64,000 bases of DNA, taken from contig DASYUC010000003.1 in NCBI GenBank assembly GCA_036001645.1, positions 21,439 to 85,438 of the forward strand, in the 5' to 3' direction. Below the pieces are notes generated by a model. The model saw only the letters and a program-made list of their open reading frames with translations, was not told the DNA's origin and made no database searches. Origin of the DNA: Candidatus Limnocylindria bacterium. GTDB taxonomy: Bacteria > Chloroflexota > Limnocylindria > P2-11E. Shown here one piece after another: positions 58,100 through 64,000 of the stretch (positions are counted from its first letter, which is position 1; the number at the start of each line of letters is the position of its first letter). The translations under genes and the position numbers were made by a program.

Positions 58100-58632
58100 G
58101 CGCGCGGCGCGCCGGAGACCCGCGAGAGACCGACCCACGGGTCGATCGCGGCGAGCCCGTTGCTCCCGAGGATCAGCGAGATCTCCCCGCAGTGATACGC
58201 ATCGTGCGTGACGAGTCGCATCAGGACGGACTGGCGGGTGTGGATCCGGACCTCGGTCCCGCGCGTCCGCCGGGCCTCCTGGCCCAGTGTCTCGGGCGTC
58301 CACGTCTCCAGGCAGCGCTCCACGATCTTCCAGGACGACACCAGGGCGCCGACGAGCTCGTCGGCGGATCGGGGATGCGCGAGGTCATCCTCCCAGCCGA
58401 AACCCGTCGGGTCGGCGAACGGCGTCGTCTGCGCGCCGGGCTCCTTGAACACGTGACACAGCCAAAACACGCGCGCGCCGGCGAGATGCGACGCACTCGC
58501 CCAGATCGGCCAGCTGGGCGAACCGACGGGGAGCGCGAGCTGTTCGGTGGAGAGCGGCGCGAGCGCCGTGACGAGACCGTCGTTGATAAGGCGCCACCCT
58601 TCGTAGAAGGGCGCGACGGTGGAGTTTCGCAT
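58096..58632 (-). CDS. DinB-family (DinB_2) protein
   Basis: Start trimmed to MRNSTVAPFYEGW; His-containing four-helix pattern. Confidence 0.55.
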   Translation of the reverse strand: MRNSTVAPFYEGWRLINDGLVTALAPLSTEQLALPVGSPSWPIWASASHLAGARVFWLCHVFKEPGAQTTPFADPTGFGWEDDLAHPRSADELVGALVSSWKIVERCLETWTPETLGQEARRTRGTEVRIHTRQSVLMRLVTHDAYHCGEISLILGSNGLAAIDPWVGLSRVSGAPRA

Positions 58633-58706
58633 CGGCGAAAGGCTAGCAAGTTGCGGATACAAAGCCCCTGTGGAACCGCGAAATCGCCACGCTTGTAGAT
58701 CGAGTA

Positions 58707-59186
58707 ATGAGGAGCTTCCGAATCTCATTGACCGGTGCGACGCTATCTGGATTCATGCTGGTCAGCTGTTCCGCCGTCGTCGCACCTTCCGTTCGCCCTT
58801 CTGCGACCGCAAGCGTCCATTGCGACGCAGGCACGATCCGCGACGCAGGCGAGCGCTTCTTTACGCTCTTCAACCAGCGCAAGCTCGATGAGCTCATGAC
58901 CCTGTTCCTGCCGGATGCGCGAACGTACTACGTCCGCCGCGGCGATCCGGTCACCGGTGACTTCAAGGAGAGCGGTCCCGCGGAGATCCGGCAGATGCTC
59001 GCCGACCGCATTGCCAGCGGTGAAACATTGCGGACGTCCGCGATCGTCACGGTCTCGAGCGGCGGATCGACGATCGCTACGGGGACGTTCCCCGATGGCA
59101 CCACCAGGAGACTCGATGTGAAGTACGGCTATGACTGCCGTCGCCCGGGAATTTCGCAGCTGCTGATCACGCCGATCGGTGTGTGA
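58707..59186 (+). CDS. hypothetical lipoprotein
   Basis: Signal peptide plus lipobox LVSCS; lower-GC 5' region. Confidence 0.45.
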   Translation: MRSFRISLTGATLSGFMLVSCSAVVAPSVRPSATASVHCDAGTIRDAGERFFTLFNQRKLDELMTLFLPDARTYYVRRGDPVTGDFKESGPAEIRQMLADRIASGETLRTSAIVTVSSGGSTIATGTFPDGTTRRLDVKYGYDCRRPGISQLLITPIGV

Positions 59187-59278
59187 TCTCGCGAATAGTG
59201 CGTCACTTTCCCATCCGGATGCGTCGCGCGCGCAGTTCCGCCACGCGATGGTCTGTCCGGGCACGAACGGCGTGACCA

Positions 59279-60571
59279 TCACGGCAGTATCCGGTTGAGG
59301 TCCCGAGGGAAGAGCGTCGTCTCGCGCAGGTTGCTCGCGCCGATGACCTGCTGCACCCAGCGTTCGATGCCGATCGCGAACCCACCATGGGCGGGCATGC
59401 CGTAACGGAACGCCTCGAGGTAACCGGCGAACGGCGTGGGGTCGATGTGCCTCTCGCGCATCGCCGTCTCGTAGTCCTCGTATCGATGGAGCCGCTGGCC
59501 CCCGGTGGCGAGCTCGAGGCCACGGAACAACAGATCGAAGCTGTTGGAGTACGCCGGTCGCGCGGGGTCGGGGTGCGTGTAGAACGGACGCTTCGTCATC
59601 GGAAACCCCACGACGAACAGGAAGTCGGAGTTGTATGTCCGGAGCGCCCACTCGCCCAGCCAACGCTCATGCGACGGTGCCAGATCAGGCTCGGCCAGCA
59701 CCTCGGTGCCGAACTCGCCAGCGAGCAGGTCGAGGGCCTCGGTGAAGTGCAGCTCGGGAAACTTGAGTGGCACCGCGATCGGCAGGCGGGCCCCGGCCCG
59801 CGCTACGGCGGCGTGCTCGCTCACCGCGCCGGCCATGGCGCTCGTCACCTGCCCGAGCAGTGCCATCACGTCGTGGTGGTCGGTGATGAATCCCATCTCC
59901 GCATCGAGCGAGATGTACTCGTTCAGATGGCGCGGCGTGTCGTGGGGCTCCGCACGGAAGACCGGCGCGACCTCGAACACGCGCTCGAACGCGCCGACGA
60001 GCATCTGCTTGTACAGCTGCGGGCTTTGCGCGAGATACGCCGGCTGGCCGAAGTAGTCGAGCCGGAAGCAGTTGGCGCCGCTCTCGGTCGCGGTCGCAAC
60101 GATCTTTGGCGTGAACACTTCCGTGAACCCCCGCTCGCGCAGGGCTGCGCGATACGCCGCAGCGGTGGCGTCCATGAGCTGGAACGCCGCACGCCGACGT
60201 GGGTGGCGCAGCGAGACCGCCGCATGGTCGAGGAGCGTCGGTAGCGCCGCGTCAATCGTCGGCCGGAACAGGTCGAATGGAAGACCCGCAGCCGCGGACG
60301 ACAAGACGCGCACCGTCGCCTCGCGCACCTCAACTCCGCCGGGAGCTCGCGGCTCAGCAACGGCAAGGCCACCGACCTCGATCGCCGACTCGGGCGTGAT
60401 CTGGTCGACGCCGGATGCATCGGGTACGGACGCGACCTGGCACATGCCCCAGGCGTCGCGGAGCACGAGGAAGGTGACCTGCGAGAGGAGCCGGCGGTGG
60501 TGCAGCCAGCCGCGCAGCAGCACCTGTTCACCGGCGTGTTGCGCGAGTTCGCTGGTTCGTATGCGTTCCAC
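59279..60571 (-). CDS. aspS: class IIb aminoacyl-tRNA synthetase, archaeal-type AspRS/AsnRS family (about 430 aa)
   Basis: N-terminal OB anticodon-binding domain, class II motifs 1-3 (FRAE, GGQRLHRYE, GFAIGIERW); start set to GTG 60571 with GGAGG SD 6 nt upstream; the listed ORF adds 16 codons of leader. Confidence 0.75.
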   Translation of the reverse strand: MERIRTSELAQHAGEQVLLRGWLHHRRLLSQVTFLVLRDAWGMCQVASVPDASGVDQITPESAIEVGGLAVAEPRAPGGVEVREATVRVLSSAAAGLPFDLFRPTIDAALPTLLDHAAVSLRHPRRRAAFQLMDATAAAYRAALRERGFTEVFTPKIVATATESGANCFRLDYFGQPAYLAQSPQLYKQMLVGAFERVFEVAPVFRAEPHDTPRHLNEYISLDAEMGFITDHHDVMALLGQVTSAMAGAVSEHAAVARAGARLPIAVPLKFPELHFTEALDLLAGEFGTEVLAEPDLAPSHERWLGEWALRTYNSDFLFVVGFPMTKRPFYTHPDPARPAYSNSFDLLFRGLELATGGQRLHRYEDYETAMRERHIDPTPFAGYLEAFRYGMPAHGGFAIGIERWVQQVIGASNLRETTLFPRDLNRILP

Positions 60572-60775
60572 AGGTCGCCTCCGTCTTTCATGTGGACGGG
60601 GAAACCGTGGTGCCACCACACTTCGCTCGCCCTGTGGCGAGCCTCATGAGGTCCGATAACGGGGACGACCGGCGGGTTCTAGATGGACTCGCGCCCACTC
60701 TTCCCGCACTCGAGGGTGTCCGACGCTGAGCTCCGGGCACCGCCTTGCACCATCCGGCGGCTCTCTTGGCCCTAC
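60572..60775 (-). promoter_or_regulatory. candidate T-box riboswitch leader (SD-sequestering, actinobacterial translational type) upstream of the aaRS gene
   Basis: On the minus strand: F-box CCGUUA; stem-III hairpin CUCGCC-ACAG-GGCGAG; T-box core GUGUGG-UGGCACC-ACGG-UUUCC-CCGU-CCACAU (A1 and A2 helices with 7-nt bulge); downstream hairpin UCCCCGUC/GACGGAGG covering the GGAGG SD. Confidence 0.5.
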
Positions 60776-60887
60776 ACCCAGGTCGCTCCCAGTCAGCGTG
60801 TTGCCTTGATCGTAGACCGAAACTCGGCGACGGGGTCGACGCGAGGTCTTCGCGCGCACCAAACACCGCTTGACTGGAAGAAGTGTC

Positions 60888-60963
60888 GGTAGCCCGTACC
60901 GGATTCGAACCGGTGGTCTCTGCCTTGAGAGGGCAGTGTCCTGGGCCGCTAGACGAACGGGCC
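60888..60963 (-). tRNA. tRNA-Glu (anticodon CUC)
   Basis: Manual fold: acceptor GGCCCGU/ACGGGCU (G1-U72 wobble), D-loop AGCGGCCCA, anticodon stem CUGCC/GGCAG loop CUCUCAA, T-arm ACCGG-UUCGAAU-CCGGU, discriminator A, CC encoded. Confidence 0.8.
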
Positions 60964-61080
60964 GGAGGCTTCCATTGTACCGAGCGTGACCTGTCGCGGT
61001 CCCTTCACGCGCTGAGCGATCTCGTCGCGCCGGGCGTCCGGCGCATCCCCATCCCCCTCCCGATCCGCGGTCTCTCGATC

Positions 61081-62007
61081 GTGAACGCCTATCTCGTCGA
61101 AGGGGCGCACGGCTGGAGCCTCGTCGACGTGGGCCTCCACACGGCCGAGGCCGAGCAGGCGCTCCGCGCCGGTCTGGCAGACGCGGGGATCGGCATCGAG
61201 GACGTGCGGCGCGTGTTCGTCACCCATCTTCATCCCGATCACATGGGCATGGCGGGGACGCTCGAGCGCGCGGGCGCCGAGGTGCTCATGCACACGCCGG
61301 AGATCGCCGCCGCGCGCCGCGTCTGGTCGAAGGGACACGAGGCGATCGACGCGACCTACGACTGGTTCGTGCGCCACGGGATGCCGCGGGACGTCGATGA
61401 GGGGATGCGACAGGCCTGGATCGCGATGGGCGAGCGCGTCGACGATCTCGGCCGTGTGAGCGGCGTCGAGGACGGGGCGAACGTCGATCTCGGCGGTCGC
61501 GCGACGCAGCTCCGCTGGACGCCGGGGCATACCGACTACCACGCCGTCCTCATCGACGAACGCGACGGCGTCTTGTTCGCGGGCGATCACGTGTTGCCGC
61601 GCATCACCTCGAACATCGGGCTCTATCCCTCCTCGCGCGACGATCCGCTCGGCGACTTCCTCGGCGCTCTCGCGCGGCTACGCGACCTACCGGTGAAGCG
61701 CGTGTTGCCGGCGCACGGCGATCCGTTCGAAGACCTCGCCGGCCGTGTCGACGAGCTCCTTGCGCATCACGCGGCGCGACTCGATGCGACCGTCGCGGCG
61801 ATCGGGGCGACCGAACGTGACGCGTATGCGATCGCGCGAACGCTCTTCCCGGTACTGCGCTCCCCGCACGAGGAGCGCTTCGCGCTTGCCGAGACGCTCG
61901 CGCATCTCCGGCACCTCGAACGCAAAGGTCTTGTGCGCGAGATCGAAGGATCCCCTGCGCGATGGAGCGTCACGCGTCACCGTGAGGGCAGGGGCATCGC
62001 CCCTTAA
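61081..62007 (+). CDS. MBL-fold metallo-hydrolase
   Basis: THLHPDHMG motif; start uncertain: the ORF is open back across the tRNA-Glu gene with no canonical in-frame start until GTG 61081. Confidence 0.7.
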   Translation: MNAYLVEGAHGWSLVDVGLHTAEAEQALRAGLADAGIGIEDVRRVFVTHLHPDHMGMAGTLERAGAEVLMHTPEIAAARRVWSKGHEAIDATYDWFVRHGMPRDVDEGMRQAWIAMGERVDDLGRVSGVEDGANVDLGGRATQLRWTPGHTDYHAVLIDERDGVLFAGDHVLPRITSNIGLYPSSRDDPLGDFLGALARLRDLPVKRVLPAHGDPFEDLAGRVDELLAHHAARLDATVAAIGATERDAYAIARTLFPVLRSPHEERFALAETLAHLRHLERKGLVREIEGSPARWSVTRHREGRGIAP

Positions 62008-62618
62008 GCGCCAGGACTCCGGTAGCGCTCGAGCGTCTTCGGATCGTCCCTGCCATTCGCTTTGAGGTGCCGCTCGACGACGCCGGCGCCCTGCTCCGGG
62101 AACACGTTGAGGCACATCGGGTCGAGCAGCAGGAACAGCTGCGCGTCACGCGTGCGCGGCACGACCAACGGACCCGAGAACGAATGCGCCTCGACCATGT
62201 GCGCGAGCGGCTCAGGCCCACCGAGCTCGCGCACGATCCGGCCGGCCTCGATCGCGTGGTTGTATCCGGGTATCCCGACGACCGCGCCGTCCTTCTCGCT
62301 GAACTCGATGACCTTCGCCGCGTCGTGCACGTACACGGCGGCGCGAAAGGTGTCGAGGTCGAGGTCCTGCTTCCAAAGCTCGCGGAACATCGGGACGAGC
62401 GTCTCCGAGATGCGGACCATCGCGAGCACGTGCTTCACGAGGTTGCCGTGCGTCGCGATCGGCATCGTCGGATGGAGCGGGATGCGCTCTATGTCGGTCC
62501 ACGCGGGATTCCGCTCGGAGACGTAGCGCCACATGTCGGTCGAGAGCTTGCGCAGTCGCGCGTCGCGGATGTCTTTGATGCCGGGAAAGGCTCGCAGGAC
62601 GTCGCTCTCGCTCGGCAC
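62004..62618 (-). CDS. HD-domain phosphohydrolase
   Basis: H...HD (VYVHDAAK) metal motif; start set to GTG 62618. Confidence 0.65.
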   Translation of the reverse strand: MPSESDVLRAFPGIKDIRDARLRKLSTDMWRYVSERNPAWTDIERIPLHPTMPIATHGNLVKHVLAMVRISETLVPMFRELWKQDLDLDTFRAAVYVHDAAKVIEFSEKDGAVVGIPGYNHAIEAGRIVRELGGPEPLAHMVEAHSFSGPLVVPRTRDAQLFLLLDPMCLNVFPEQGAGVVERHLKANGRDDPKTLERYRSPGA

Positions 62619-62666
62619 GACTCGAATAATCGTCGGCCCGATGGGTTGCTGCGCATTCGACGTGAA

Positions 62667-62682
62667 TAGAACGCGTGTTCTA
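62667..62682. promoter_or_regulatory. 6-4-6 inverted repeat TAGAAC-GCGT-GTTCTA in the divergent HD / HNH promoter region
   Basis: Overlaps the listed GTG start of the first HNH ORF; an internal ATG at 62696 is the more likely start. Confidence 0.3.
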
Positions 62683-63363
62683 CGCTGAGGATTCGATGAC
62701 TGCGCCGCGAAATCAACGTCCTTACAACGTCCGCTACTACGCGGCACATCGTCAGGCTGAGCTGGATCGCGTAATGAAGCGCCACGCGGCGGCTATCTCG
62801 TTCCTCCGAAATCTCCGCCGCGTCCCGTGTGAAGAGTGTGGCCAGATGTTCCCCCCTTACGTGATGGATTTCGATCATCGCGACCCCGGTAAGAAGCTCT
62901 TTGCGATCACCGGTGGTCATGCGCCACTCATTCGCGCGACAAACTGATCGCTGAGATCGAGAAGTGCGACATCGTGTGGGCGAACTGCCATGCGTTGAGG
63001 ACCTACGCCAAGCTGATGGATCGCCGACGTCGGTCAACGCCCGAGGAGTGGGCTCCCGGCAAGTCGGCGCGTATCGTTCAGAACCGTGCGCGATGGCGGG
63101 CCAACGCGGCCCTGCTGAACGAGCTCCGCGATGTCCCGTGCGAGGACTGCCGCATGAGGTTTCCGCCGTGTGTAATGCAGTTCGACCACCGTGACCCTTC
63201 GACGAAGAATTACGAAGTCACGCGGATCATCGCTCGGGCACGTTCCGTGATCCTGGCCGAGGTAGCAAAGTGCGATATCGTTTGTGTGAACTGCCATCGG
63301 AAACGGACGTACCAGCGGCGCATGGCAGAAGCAAACGGATCTTCACGTGCGGGTGTGGCGTAG
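62675..63363 (+). pseudogene. tandem-duplicated HNH-endonuclease-like gene; copy 1 disrupted by a 1-nt deletion, copy 2 intact
   Basis: Copy 1: LRRVPCEECGQMFPPYVMDFDHRDPGKK...; after a -1 frame change continues ...RDKLIAEIEKCDIVWANCHALRTY and reads without a stop into copy 2 (LRDVPCEDCRMRFPPCVMQFDHRDPSTKN...KCDIVCVNCHRKRTY). The listed ORFs 62675..62947 and 62974..63363 are the two frames. Confidence 0.55.
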
Positions 63364-63421
63364 TGGTAGCGCGCGATCCTTCCAAGATTGAGGCGCGGGT
63401 CCGATTCCCGCCACCCGCTCC
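63349..63421 (+). tRNA. tRNA-Gly (anticodon UCC)
   Basis: Manual fold: acceptor GCGGGUG/CACCCGC, D-arm GCGU-AGUGGUA-GCGC, anticodon stem CGAUC/GAUUG loop CUUCCAA, T-arm GCGGG-UCCGAUU-CCCGC, discriminator U, CC encoded; first 15 nt overlap the HNH ORF 3' end. Confidence 0.85.
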
Positions 63422-63599
63422 GACTGACACTGTCGCGTTGCGAGTTGTGCGTCGGGTTCGTGCGATCAGCCTGTCGGATTTGCGAATTGCGTGTCGGAGT
63501 ACCGGCCGAGCCTGACTTCTTGGCCTCTTATCGCACCCCGACGCCATCGCCGGCACCTCTCGTGGCGCGCGGCTCACGACCGCTACCGCTGGCCGGGCG

Positions 63600-64000
63600 T
63601 CAGCCCAACCTGGCCAGCGCAAGACCGACCGCGCCGGCCGCCGCCACCACGATCACCTCAGGGATCCGCAGTCGCCATAGGAGCAGGAGACTGACCGCGG
63701 CGATCGCCGCGGTGGGCAGATCCAGGATCGCCCGGCGCGCGAGTACGAGCACCGCCCCGGCGATCGCGCCGCTCGCGGCCGCGGTGCAACCGGCGACGAA
63801 AGCCCTGAGCTGCGGATTGTCGCGATGCCGCTTGAACCACGGCGCGGGCAGGATCGTGAGCAGGTAGACGGGGAGGAACATCCCGATCGCCGCGACCGTC
63901 GCGCCCGCGCTACCCGCAACGAGGTAGCCAATGAACGCCACGGTGATGACGACCGGACCTGGGGTGATGAGAGCGACGGCCACCGCGTCGAGGAACTGGC
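63600..64000 (-). CDS. chromate transporter (ChrA-family) C-terminal part; gene continues beyond window end
   Basis: Hydrophobic ChrA-like repeat unit (FIGYLVAGSAGA...MFLPVYL); truncated by the window. Confidence 0.5.
   Translation of the reverse strand, partial: QFLDAVAVALITPGPVVITVAFIGYLVAGSAGATVAAIGMFLPVYLLTILPAPWFKRHRDNPQLRAFVAGCTAAASGAIAGAVLVLARRAILDLPTAAIAAVSLLLLWRLRIPEVIVVAAAGAVGLALARLG

Overview
This is a roughly 70% GC window and looks like actinobacterial-type chromosomal DNA. The gene content resembles Mycobacterium (Cbs, MetB-like, LigC/PrimPol) but the organism is unknown. It is densely coding on both strands. The many long Arg-rich ORFs in the six-frame track are antisense shadow ORFs typical of high-GC DNA and were not annotated.

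Gene content I can support:
- Regulators and signalling: an ECF sigma factor with a putative anti-sigma partner, a GAF-PAS-GGDEF-EAL c-di-GMP protein, a single-domain response regulator, a GntR(YtrA)-type regulator with an ABC-2 exporter, a GbsR/MarR-type regulator with a second ABC-2 exporter, and an XRE-type HTH protein.
- Sulfur amino-acid block: cystathionine beta-synthase, two Cys/Met-metabolism PLP enzymes and threonine synthase.
- Housekeeping: murA, ggt, lpd, acs, a 430-aa archaeal-type AspRS/AsnRS, HU, and a RibA-RibD(C-terminal reductase) fusion.
- DNA repair: an ATP-dependent ligase (LigC-like) and a LigD-type primase-polymerase domain gene.
- Other: a VapBC toxin-antitoxin pair, two CcdA paralogs, KGG-repeat and CsbD-type stress proteins, and three tRNA genes (Arg-UCU, Glu-CUC, Gly-UCC).

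Most notable observations:
1. A TlpA/ResA-like lipoprotein gene carries an in-frame TGA exactly at the first Cys of its W-C-x-x-C motif (reads W-TGA-L-S-C). It sits 3 nt upstream of an intact CcdA gene. This is either a selenocysteine UxxC redox protein or a one-base nonsense pseudogene.
2. A T-box-like leader with SD-sequestering architecture lies upstream of the AspRS/AsnRS gene.
3. A lower-GC islet bounded by tRNA-Glu and tRNA-Gly contains MBL-fold and HD-domain genes and a tandem duplicated HNH nuclease gene. The first HNH copy is broken by a 1-nt deletion and the second runs into the tRNA-Gly gene.
4. Two paralogous small Cys/His proteins flank the trans-sulfuration genes.
5. A lower-GC insert with a strongly SD-driven 43-codon ORF and a Met-rich 16-codon mini-ORF lies upstream of a YjbR-family gene.

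No CRISPR array, transposase or integrase was seen.
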